Source: Meyerozyma guilliermondii (lineage: Eukaryota). From it: 64,000 nt of DNA. Within the stretch, counting starts at the first letter, position 1. Each line of letters starts with the position of its first letter. The DNA is taken from positions 930,001 to 994,000 of the forward strand of contig CP128816.1 of NCBI GenBank assembly GCA_051546255.1, written 5' to 3'. The notes below the pieces were generated by a model. That model saw only the letters and a list, made by a program, of their open reading frames with translations, searched no databases and was not told the DNA's origin. The position numbers were made by a program, and so were the translations under genes. This document shows positions 51,361-61,157 of the stretch, piece by piece.

Positions 51361-54345
51361 TTACCCTTTGAATACGTGTTGGAGGGGATATTCACTGAAA
51401 ACTCCAAGGGTCTGGAGCTCGGCGAAATCTATTTCATATTCTGCTTGCGACCCCATATCGAATAAAGGTTCGAATCCAAACCCCAGATCAGGTTGAAGTT
51501 GTTGCTGTGACTGCTTCATATCGGATTGGTTCTGGATATTCTTGATGTGTCCTGGAATCTCGTTCTTCCTCTCGTCAAAAATGCCCATATTCAATCTGTC
51601 GCCGTCTTGCAAAATATCTTGGTCTTTTTGATTTCTTTCAGAAAGAATCCGAAGCCAAAGTTTATCGATCTCGGCTCCGCTGTCAAAATTGAGGTCTTCA
51701 AACTGACTGCTAATCTTTGCTCCGGTGTTGAGATCGCCTCCATTTTTCGAAACATCCACGCTGCCATTCGTACTCGACGTAGGAGATTTTTGCTGCGGAT
51801 TCTTCTTGCTGATCGCTGACATGTCGAGATAGTCACAATGAACAGCAATTACTTGCAAGGTATTAACGCTGGTGTTAAGTATTTCAAGCATTTCCTGAAG
51901 TTGTGTCAACGAATAGCCCTTGCATGTTTGATAGTAGGCACTCAGGACACTCAGGACATAAAAGTCATCGGATGTCACAACTTTGAGTAAGTAGTTATGA
52001 CTTCTACTCACTCCCCAAGCGAAATAGTACCTGTGACTTAACATGGAAAGTGCCATGAGACCGGCTCTAGCACATTGCTCAAAACACCCAATCAACTCCT
52101 TGACCACACGAACGTACGTTCCATATTCAGGATCGTTAGCCATACGCTCTCTGTGGCCAGCAGCCAGCTTCATTTTATACATCTGCGCATTCATTCTTAT
52201 GATCCCCATGAGCGAGAGCTCAATACAAACTTGCAACACGTATTGCATTTGAGGGTTTAAAATCTTTTCGGCACTTTCACCAAAGTGTTCTCTCCCTTTG
52301 CCAATCATTGGGAAAAAGTAGGGTACAAGCTCATTAAGACCCATCCAAAGAAGCTTCTTGAAGTAGTAAAAGGCTATGTCTAAGTCCCCTTTGGCCTCGT
52401 AATGCATTTGAAGATGAAGATACATCAACATCAAAAAGGCTTTTAAACCAAATGAAATTCTCGCCTTCATGGTTTTGGCATATTGGTATGACGGTGTTGA
52501 TTTCTCCAAGGGCTTCACGTAGTCCTCAATTCTTCCAAACAAAGAAAATACTTGAACTTCCAGCAAATTAAGATTCATGGTAAGCTGTGACACTTTGATT
52601 TTGGACCTCGGGTCAAGAAGTGTCCCAACAACTCTACTTAGGGGTCCCTTGATAAGAACATCGGCGTAATTGAACAACACGTTGATTGCCTCCTCCACTT
52701 CAAGATCACGTACATTCGAAAAGCCGTGAACGTGTGATGGACATTTGGTATCGTAATATTGAGCATTGATGAGTAACGGGTACCCGGTCAGAAAACAGGC
52801 TGTGAAATCCATGATGGTTAAGTAGTACCATATTCGCCGTCCAATGTTCTTCTTGTCTTCACTCCATGTAGCATACCCAACATAATCTGGGTCACGATGA
52901 AGTCCGAGCGAGTATGCCATGGAAACCAACAGGCCATGCAGTATAATGTATTCACCACCATCTGCTCCTTCCTCTTCGTCGGGAGACAACAAACCGTACG
53001 TCCACAAAAACATCCCGCATTGTAGGACCTCAAGACTGATTTTCTTCTTTTTTTGAAATTGTGTGAAACATTCTCGAGCGACTTCAATTACGTTTAATTC
53101 GATAGGTGTACCAAGGAACAATGGAATTCTTTGGGGTGGTAAATCGTCGGAAGGGGCCACAACCTGGCCCTTAGTAACATTTGCAAAGAAAGATAAGTAC
53201 GAGAAACGTAAGATAACAAGAAGTATTCCAATATGGGCCAAGTCGAGTCTCTTTTCAAGATGGAGGTCAATTTTGTCACTTTTATCATTTTCAGAACCAA
53301 TGATTTTCTCAATCTCGCGATAGAATGTATCCTGATTAATAAAAGGGTAGTATGGGATGAATAGACGAAAGAACCGAGCAAGGAGCTTATAAGTGATTGA
53401 TCTATCGGGAATAACGGCCTTTATTCGTTCGATCAAGGTGGTTTCAGGTGCAAAGATGGAGCCCTTGTTGGTAAGATCCAACGTCAAAAGTCGATAATCC
53501 ATGGCTTCTTGGTTGGTTTGGTTGGCTGCCAGAGCCTTATCGTCAAATGTCGGTTTTTTTTGGCGAGGAGGGACGGAGGGCCGTCGTTTTGGTTGGGCTG
53601 CCTCGGCTTCTCTTTGCGAGATAACATAGTTGCGCAATGCAAGAAAGCAAGGTTGTTTCGAGATGGTACTTCTCCATCCAAAAGTAAGACATTCTGAGGT
53701 TCCTACCACATTCGCAACACTGGAAAAGCCTCCGCTGCCCAGAATGTCTATTTCTTCGTCCTCGGATATGTATGGATTAGTTCCCAAAAACGACTTGTCA
53801 TCGGCGTTCGGGGTCTGCGGGCTGAACCGGGTACTTTGGTATGTGAAGTTTATCATTTTGTGTTTGAACAACATAAATGTTGCAAAACATGTGTCTTCTG
53901 GGGCATTGGGATCATGGAGCAGTTGCCACTCAAGAGGGATCGCGCCAAGATCACGATTCAAGTATGTTTTAGAGATGGTTTTGAAGCTAAACTCTTGCAC
54001 TGGAAGTATGTTTTGTGGTAAAACTTCAGGACTGTTGGCAGCTGCTTGTAGCTCGGCAAGTTCCAGCTTTGAGATCATCACTTTTTCTTCGTCGTTTCTA
54101 ATTGGTGGAAGCTGAAACAGGTCATCATTGTTATGCTTATGCTTAATGATATGGTCTCCTTCAATATCGTGATCTTTCTTGGATTCTTTAGGCAGCTCGT
54201 ATTGACAGAATTCTTGTAGGTTGTTAGTGACACACGAAGCACATGGTCTTCCCTTATCACATTTGACTTTACGGGTTTTACAGGGTATACAGACGTAGGA
54301 GGGTCTGTTGCGCCTCCGTCGGGCCAATTCAAAGTTGTTTGTCAT
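51361..54345 (-). CDS. Zn(II)2Cys6 transcription factor, divergent MRR1-like paralog
   Basis: RRNRPSYVCIPCKTRKVKCDKGRPCASC...C; RLDLAHIGILLVILRFSYLS, EEGADGG, LSHRYYFAW. Confidence 0.88.
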   Translation of the reverse strand: MTNNFELARRRRNRPSYVCIPCKTRKVKCDKGRPCASCVTNNLQEFCQYELPKESKKDHDIEGDHIIKHKHNNDDLFQLPPIRNDEEKVMISKLELAELQAAANSPEVLPQNILPVQEFSFKTISKTYLNRDLGAIPLEWQLLHDPNAPEDTCFATFMLFKHKMINFTYQSTRFSPQTPNADDKSFLGTNPYISEDEEIDILGSGGFSSVANVVGTSECLTFGWRSTISKQPCFLALRNYVISQREAEAAQPKRRPSVPPRQKKPTFDDKALAANQTNQEAMDYRLLTLDLTNKGSIFAPETTLIERIKAVIPDRSITYKLLARFFRLFIPYYPFINQDTFYREIEKIIGSENDKSDKIDLHLEKRLDLAHIGILLVILRFSYLSFFANVTKGQVVAPSDDLPPQRIPLFLGTPIELNVIEVARECFTQFQKKKKISLEVLQCGMFLWTYGLLSPDEEEGADGGEYIILHGLLVSMAYSLGLHRDPDYVGYATWSEDKKNIGRRIWYYLTIMDFTACFLTGYPLLINAQYYDTKCPSHVHGFSNVRDLEVEEAINVLFNYADVLIKGPLSRVVGTLLDPRSKIKVSQLTMNLNLLEVQVFSLFGRIEDYVKPLEKSTPSYQYAKTMKARISFGLKAFLMLMYLHLQMHYEAKGDLDIAFYYFKKLLWMGLNELVPYFFPMIGKGREHFGESAEKILNPQMQYVLQVCIELSLMGIIRMNAQMYKMKLAAGHRERMANDPEYGTYVRVVKELIGCFEQCARAGLMALSMLSHRYYFAWGVSRSHNYLLKVVTSDDFYVLSVLSAYYQTCKGYSLTQLQEMLEILNTSVNTLQVIAVHCDYLDMSAISKKNPQQKSPTSSTNGSVDVSKNGGDLNTGAKISSQFEDLNFDSGAEIDKLWLRILSERNQKDQDILQDGDRLNMGIFDERKNEIPGHIKNIQNQSDMKQSQQQLQPDLGFGFEPLFDMGSQAEYEIDFAELQTLGVFSEYPLQHVFKG

Positions 54346-54703
54346 TAGGTTTGGTGGCTCACTGGGGCATAATATAAAGACTATAAGTAGAGAGCGGCGC
54401 GAGAATGTGAGATTCAGATTACGTTATAAACGGTGGTGGTTATGTAATCGTCACTTCAGCTCAACGAAAGATCAGGTCTAATTCAGCTCTTGCGACAGAT
54501 CAAATACTCTTGTATGTAGTATAAGTATCTTTTGTATTATTAGAAACAGTGTCTACTAAAAACTTGACCAAATACTTTGCAACCTTTGGTCCTGCATTTT
54601 ATAGATGTAAGTCACGTGCCGAATCAAAGTCCGAGGACGGCCGAGCGGTTGCAAATGTACATTAATAGTTACGAAATAGTACGTAAACATCTTGAAACAA
54701 TTC

Positions 54704-57700
54704 TTATCTCTTTTTCTCTCTGTTTCCCTTGGGAACTCTAGCCAAATAGTAGAGAAATATCGTCAATATAATGTTAATTGCGATAAAGGCCACAAAAATT
54801 CCATAATTTCTCCATCTTTCGCTATAGAGTGCATTAATGGATCCCAAGAAATCATTTGTTGAGGATACGGGACAATAATTGCAAATTTCAGTGGCATCCT
54901 CTGCCAATAAGTATCCTCCTGCTGCTTCAATATAGCCAGCCATATAATTTCCACATGTTGTATTATTTGGGGCATTGAACTTGAGAAGCTCGTTCTCAGA
55001 GCACACAACATTTGTGTTAGCCAAGCCAGCAGTAAGAACTCCCTGGAAGAAATATGTGAACGGATTAGCTCGATACATAAATATCCAGAAACCTGGCATC
55101 GCATCCTTTGTGGCTACGACACCACAGAAATTCAAACACAGGGTAAATAAAATCATCGACAAGTTTGCGGCATTCTCCACCAGTTCAATGAAAGATATAC
55201 ACAACTGACCCATGGTTGAAGTGTAGACGAAAAAGGAAGAGAAGAATAACCACATAAGGGCTCCACGTTCATGGACAGCTCCAGTTGGTTCTGCATTCTG
55301 GTATAGACCGACTGGATAGTACCAAGAAAAAAAAGCCATAGTGCCCACCAAAACTTGGTACGGAATCTCGGACGTGATCTGGGCTGAAATGAAAGCTAAC
55401 CAACCAAAAGTCTTTGATGGAGATTCCCTGACCTCATAAAGTTCTCGTTGTTTCACAAAGTACGGCAACATCTGTTGAATCAAAGTATTGAATGGAGTGG
55501 TGTACATGAACACTGCAAACATTTGATTCTGTAAACCTTGAATGGAATTTGTTGCCTTGAAAAATGAAAATCCATTGAACAAAGCAGCAAACACTGCCAA
55601 GAACAATTTCGAATAAATATAGCCAGGAGATCTCCAATTTTGAACTATAACCCTCCATGTGACGTACCAGTATTGTTTCCAAAATGGTGCAGCGTAGGAT
55701 TGGTGTTCTTCAGGAGAATGATTTCTTGGTAATTTGGACAATTCAGTTTCCATGCGATCCAATTCACTGTTAACTTCCCGGAATTCAGAAGAGTTTCTCC
55801 ACACCTCGTAATAGTCTTGCTTTGCATGCGAACCTGGAGCAGCACCGACAACTTGCAACATCCATTCAGCCGGATTCGCTTCCTTTGGACAAGGATCAGC
55901 TCCGTACTTTTCAAAGTAGTTGATCAAAGTTGAACAGTTTTCTCCCAAATCACCAAAGTAGACGGTTCTTCCACCTTTTTGCAAGAATAGCAAACGGTCA
56001 AACTCCTTCAACAAAATAGCAGATGGTTGATGGATAGTACACAAGATGGCCTGACCACGATCCGCAAGCTTTCTCATCAATTGACAAATAGACCAGGCAG
56101 TTTGAGAATCAAGACCAGACGTTGGTTCATCCAAGAACAACAACAATTTAGGTTTCGCAACCAACTCGACACCAATGGTCAACCGTTTACGTTGCTCCAC
56201 ATTCAAACCTTCACCAGCAACACCAACCAAAGCGTCAGCATAGGTGGTCATATCCAATAAATCGATGATATACTCCACATAGTCGCTTTTTTCTGCTTTG
56301 GAAACTGAATTTGGTTGTCTTAAGTAGGCAGAGAAACGCAATGCTTCACGAACTGTAGACGTTGCCAAGTGCAAATCTTGTTGTTGAACATATCCAATGG
56401 ATCTCTGGAATGAGGAATCCAATGAGTGACCATTGACCATTCTAACACCATCAGGAATGACACCTGTGGTAACACGTTCGGATAAACAGTTCAATAGAGT
56501 GGTCTTACCAGCTCCAGAAGATCCCATTAACGCAGTCAACTGACCAGGCTTGACCCATCCATCAACGTGATCCAATATGACTCTTGTTTCAGACTTGATC
56601 TTGACTTCGTAAGTGAGATTTCTCCAGTGAAAAATGTTGACGTCTTCTGGTAAATTGTCGGAGGAGGAGGAGTTATCAGCGGTATACTTCTGTGACTCCA
56701 AAACATCCTTCATTTCCACTTTTTCTTCGGTTGGAAAAGCCTCTATGTCTCGAGCATAACTCGCTTTAGCAGAATTTTCTTTCTTGTGTTTCTTCAAAGA
56801 GCCTCTTAAAAACAAGGCAATTTCACCTTTTTGCAACGCTCCCTTATTACCTTCAGCTAATATGACGTACACAACCAAGAAAAAAACTGCAAAGCCCACA
56901 GAAATTCCAAAATTTCTCCACTTATGGCCATTGTAGTATTTGTACTGAGATGCAAGGTAATCAGTTCCCAATACGATAGAAGATCCAGAACGTGCTCCGA
57001 CAGTATGACAAACCTTTTCATTTAATGGAACATCGCCATAAGAGATACCAGACGGAACAAAATTCGTGCACCTGAAATCACGACCATGAAATTCGTTCAC
57101 CATCAAAGACTCAAAAACGTAGCCAACAGGGTTGATATAATTGATCCACCTGCTCCACCCCAACATATTGGGGGTGGGAATGACAAATCCAGCATAGATC
57201 ATTGACGCCAAAAAGACCACTGTAGCTGGAGTCATAGCACCAGCTAGCGTCGTATAGATGGCGCCCAATGAACGGAAAATGTGGGACATGACCAAAGTAC
57301 AAACCGCACACATCAACCAATAAAAGAAGAAGTTACCTGGATTTCTTCTGAAATTGACCATAAAGTAAAATGTCACATTGAAGCACACTGACAGTAAAAG
57401 TTTAACAGGTAGCTCTGTGATAATCCCCGCTAGAGCATCAGCAGCAGGACGATAAAGCGCATACTTCTTGTGCTTTTCCACAATAGGTCTGGCTTCGAAT
57501 ATGGCTATGATTTCCAACATAGACGACAATGCGTTGAATAAAACAGCAAAGAACAAACCAGTGGTTCTGGAAAAAAACGATCCCGTAGTCAGATCCAAAT
57601 TGTAAAAAACCGATCCCATGATCAATGCCATGATCAATTGACCGGCGACTGACGATATAGGAATTGAAGGATCACCCTTGAATCTGAGATAGTTTCTTCG

Positions 57701-59143
57701 CATAATGTATTTGACTTGCATGAAGAAGGAAACCGTGTATGGTGACTTTGAGGAAACGTGGTTTGCCTGTCTTGCGACGTGAGAATCGTGGTGGTCTTTC
57801 TTTGGATTTTTTTCAACCTGTTCCATGTGCACATCAATCTCTTCAACGACTCGTTTATACTCTGGCGAATTTTTCCAGTAAGTTTCAAATTCAAGAGGGG
57901 TCTTGGGTACTTTATCCTCGAACCCTGATCTGGCAATTCTTTCCGATGGGTTGGTCAACGATGTCAAAAAATCAGCAGTCGCTTGACGCTCGGGACATTC
58001 GTAACCCATAGCTAGAAAGTAGTTTTTAGCATCGTCTGCTTTTCCAAAAAAAATCTGCCTTCCCTCGTAAAGTAGGATAACTTTGTCGAATAAGCTGTAG
58101 GCATCCTCCGAACACTGGTAGATAGCAATTAATGGTGTGGACTCGAAAACATTAGCCGAAAGTTTCAAAGCCTTGATGAACTCTAGCGCAGTAGCAGCAT
58201 CCAATCCTCTGGTAGCATTATCCCAACACTGCAAGTTGGCACCACTCAATGATGCTTCAGCAATCGAAACCCGCTTCCGCTCACCGCCAGAAACTCCCCT
58301 TATGAAATCGTTGCCAACACGAGAGTTACGAGTGTGGGACAAGCCGTAGGTAGCCATGTAGACGCTAGCCATGTGACGAGCATAGGTCTCTCTATCGACA
58401 TTACCTCTGTTTTGAGGAGTTCTTAAACGAGCAGCAAACTCCAAAGTGTCACCCACAGACAAATGAGGAAAATGAACATCGGTTTCTGCCGAGTAGATCA
58501 CATCACCACGGAAATTGTTCTCGATATCCTTCATGGTCAAACCATCATAGGTAATTTTACTCTCTTCTCCAAGATGGAAACCGTAGGTATGAGCAGCGAT
58601 TGTCTTCAACAAGGTGGAACAACCCGAACCCGGTCTACCAAGCACAACTGTGACTTCACCAGGCTTCATTATAGCGTCCATATTCTTCAAGATATCAAAG
58701 TAGATCGAAGGATCTTGCTTTCTCATCGATCTGATGTAATCTTTACCAAGCTTGAACAAAGCTGAAGTAACTGTAGGCTGGTAATCGGAGTCAGTAGCAA
58801 TACCATATGCTCTCAAATCACGGTAAGCTACACCCAACGACGTGGGCTTGTAATACCCAGGGTCAGAATTGTGCAATTTTCTCATATTCTTCACCCAAAG
58901 TTTAGAATCAAACATGTCCGAATTGGGGTTGAGACTATCTTCAACTTCGTCGGGAATAAATGGTTCAACTCCGGGAACCTGCGACATGTGTGACATGGAT
59001 CTTATAAGATCTGCACTACTAGTGTTGGAAATGACTCTAGCCAAGTCCCTGATGGTTTCGTCCACCTCCGGAGTAAAGTCTTGATACGACTTTTCTGCAG
59101 ATATAGCCTCCGACCTATCAAACGGCAGTAGATCAATTGACAT
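54704..59143 (-). CDS. Full-size PDR-family ABC exporter, CDR1/PDR5-like
   Basis: NBD1 GRPGSGCST + VSGGERKRVSIAE + CWDNATRGLD; NBD2 GSSGAGKTT + LNVEQRKRLTIGVEL; ends RVPKGNREKKR. Confidence 0.96.
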   Translation of the reverse strand: MSIDLLPFDRSEAISAEKSYQDFTPEVDETIRDLARVISNTSSADLIRSMSHMSQVPGVEPFIPDEVEDSLNPNSDMFDSKLWVKNMRKLHNSDPGYYKPTSLGVAYRDLRAYGIATDSDYQPTVTSALFKLGKDYIRSMRKQDPSIYFDILKNMDAIMKPGEVTVVLGRPGSGCSTLLKTIAAHTYGFHLGEESKITYDGLTMKDIENNFRGDVIYSAETDVHFPHLSVGDTLEFAARLRTPQNRGNVDRETYARHMASVYMATYGLSHTRNSRVGNDFIRGVSGGERKRVSIAEASLSGANLQCWDNATRGLDAATALEFIKALKLSANVFESTPLIAIYQCSEDAYSLFDKVILLYEGRQIFFGKADDAKNYFLAMGYECPERQATADFLTSLTNPSERIARSGFEDKVPKTPLEFETYWKNSPEYKRVVEEIDVHMEQVEKNPKKDHHDSHVARQANHVSSKSPYTVSFFMQVKYIMRRNYLRFKGDPSIPISSVAGQLIMALIMGSVFYNLDLTTGSFFSRTTGLFFAVLFNALSSMLEIIAIFEARPIVEKHKKYALYRPAADALAGIITELPVKLLLSVCFNVTFYFMVNFRRNPGNFFFYWLMCAVCTLVMSHIFRSLGAIYTTLAGAMTPATVVFLASMIYAGFVIPTPNMLGWSRWINYINPVGYVFESLMVNEFHGRDFRCTNFVPSGISYGDVPLNEKVCHTVGARSGSSIVLGTDYLASQYKYYNGHKWRNFGISVGFAVFFLVVYVILAEGNKGALQKGEIALFLRGSLKKHKKENSAKASYARDIEAFPTEEKVEMKDVLESQKYTADNSSSSDNLPEDVNIFHWRNLTYEVKIKSETRVILDHVDGWVKPGQLTALMGSSGAGKTTLLNCLSERVTTGVIPDGVRMVNGHSLDSSFQRSIGYVQQQDLHLATSTVREALRFSAYLRQPNSVSKAEKSDYVEYIIDLLDMTTYADALVGVAGEGLNVEQRKRLTIGVELVAKPKLLLFLDEPTSGLDSQTAWSICQLMRKLADRGQAILCTIHQPSAILLKEFDRLLFLQKGGRTVYFGDLGENCSTLINYFEKYGADPCPKEANPAEWMLQVVGAAPGSHAKQDYYEVWRNSSEFREVNSELDRMETELSKLPRNHSPEEHQSYAAPFWKQYWYVTWRVIVQNWRSPGYIYSKLFLAVFAALFNGFSFFKATNSIQGLQNQMFAVFMYTTPFNTLIQQMLPYFVKQRELYEVRESPSKTFGWLAFISAQITSEIPYQVLVGTMAFFSWYYPVGLYQNAEPTGAVHERGALMWLFFSSFFVYTSTMGQLCISFIELVENAANLSMILFTLCLNFCGVVATKDAMPGFWIFMYRANPFTYFFQGVLTAGLANTNVVCSENELLKFNAPNNTTCGNYMAGYIEAAGGYLLAEDATEICNYCPVSSTNDFLGSINALYSERWRNYGIFVAFIAINIILTIFLYYLARVPKGNREKKR

Positions 59144-59975
59144 CTTGCAAGTACCTTCCTAGTTCAATATACTCGAATCACAAACAGATCGGTCAATTCC
59201 TTTTAATTGAATATCTCGTCAACTGAAAATCGCCGCCCTAGAACTGGGTATTTATATTTCGAATGAAATTTGTTGACTGGAACATTCTTCTGATATATTA
59301 TTCTCGAAAACACCGCCATGAGCTCGTCACAATATGTTTTACGTGCTAAAGGCCGTAAATTACTAATAATGTCCAAGCATTTTGAGTTCTCGGCCGTAAG
59401 CTTTTTGGGGGTATCGTCGTTAATATTTGTAGTTTTTTAAAGCATGATAGACTAGTGTATTGTTGGGGGTAGTCGTATTTTCCATGATGTGGTATTTTCC
59501 ACTAGCTCTTATTTAGCATCAAAAGAAACGGCATTTGACCTTATCGCCTTTAACAGACTTACGATGTAATTAATGAGACTTCCTGCATAATTCATTAGGT
59601 ACTGCATAGCGTTGGTCCCTGACTCCCAAAGTGGGAAACACAACTGATTGTTGCGCCGTACTGCAATTTGGTTTTTACGTCATAGTCTGGAACCTTCAAA
59701 TCCACAGGGCTCCAATCTTACGGCCGATACAGTGAAAATGTTTTTTCGCAGCCACAAAGATTGCTCTTTCGGCCGTAAGATCTACGAGCCCGCGAACACA
59801 GTCTGAACAAACTTGCATTGTCATGAACACCTTTTCCCATATATAATCTGCAAAAAGTGGAAACAGACCCATAAACAGAGGCAGCCATGTAGAAAACTCA
59901 ATGAAATAGAATTTATGTACCGTAATGTTCGCACATTTTGATCGGTTCACCATTATATTGATACTTCTAATTACT

Positions 59976-60917
59976 TCAACTAGATCCTATGGCTCCGTAG
60001 TTATACAGCGACTCATCAGTGATCTCTGATGCGTCTTCCAGGTATGGTTCGTTCTCGTTGTACAAGAAAAATTGAACAAATATAGTAAAGTCAAGAGCTA
60101 AGGTTCCCAATGAACCTGCGAGCCAAGAAGAATTGACCCACAAGTAACTCCAACTGATATCGATGGCAAGAATAGATACCACGTATGTCAAGTTGCCTAG
60201 GCATGCGAACAAGAAGAACATGAATGAGATACCCTCGCAAGACTTACGTTGGTAGTTCAAGAGAATCTGAGGAATACGAGAACCCAAGTAGAAGACGGCA
60301 CACAACCACCCAAAGAATTGAGCCAAGGGGTCGTACACAAGTTCTTGTGGTCTTCTTTCTGGTTTTCCAGGGTGTGCTCTTCGATATTGTTCGTCTTTGA
60401 CGTAGGAAATGTACCATCCTACTAATCCGGCAAACATTACCAGGGCAACCATCAAGGTTTTGAGAAGCACTGCGCTCAAATAGGACGACGATACTGGTTT
60501 GCTTTGCTCAAGGAGCTCCTGAGATTCTTCGTCAGCTTCGCCATACTCTCTTGAAAGCGCTGTTTCGAGCACATCCTCATTAAGTGGGTTGGCTGGAGAT
60601 AAGTGAATGGGGTCTGCACTTTCACCATGTCCATACACCAAGCATTGCCACAACAAGAGAATGTCTGCCAAGGTGTAGTAGATGGCAAGAATAATCATAG
60701 TTGGTAAAACTCCTTGGAGGATGGAACCTAAAACATTGAAGATATCACCGGCAAGCCAAAGAATGACAAACTGAAGCGATAAACCTTCCGAAGATCTTCG
60801 ACGAAAATTCTCGTAGATCTGTGGCGCAAACACAATAATCCAACATGCGAGGGATATGGAACCAGTAATACCGCTAACGGCCTGGGCGTCGATGACAATT
60901 GGCGGTGGAGGTGCCAT
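59976..60917 (-). CDS. PQ-loop vacuolar cationic amino-acid transporter (YPQ1/YPQ2/RTC2 family)
   Basis: WIIVFAPQIYENF...SEGLS, YLGSRIPQILLN...SCEGIS; ATG at 60917. Confidence 0.92.
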   Translation of the reverse strand: MAPPPPIVIDAQAVSGITGSISLACWIIVFAPQIYENFRRRSSEGLSLQFVILWLAGDIFNVLGSILQGVLPTMIILAIYYTLADILLLWQCLVYGHGESADPIHLSPANPLNEDVLETALSREYGEADEESQELLEQSKPVSSSYLSAVLLKTLMVALVMFAGLVGWYISYVKDEQYRRAHPGKPERRPQELVYDPLAQFFGWLCAVFYLGSRIPQILLNYQRKSCEGISFMFFLFACLGNLTYVVSILAIDISWSYLWVNSSWLAGSLGTLALDFTIFVQFFLYNENEPYLEDASEITDESLYNYGAIGSS

Positions 60918-61157
60918 TGGAAAAGTGTTGCTGAAAATGTATAATATGAACAATAGATGACACTAGAGACTTGAGAAGCTTATACCATGCAAGAAACCAA
61001 ACACTTTTCCCCGAATATAGTATTAATGTTGTCTCTAGTTGCGGTCACTCTGACTGACTGGTCTTCTGTCAAGAATTTCGCTGCGAAAATGAACGATGGA
61101 CCGAAGGTCTTGTACACAGGAAAATATGGGGTAAAGAAGACTGGTTTCCTATTTAGA

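Noticed and set aside
58600..58650. Cys in place of Lys in Walker A of ABC NBD1 as a sign of pseudogenisation
   Set aside because: Normal degenerate NBD1 of fungal PDR transporters
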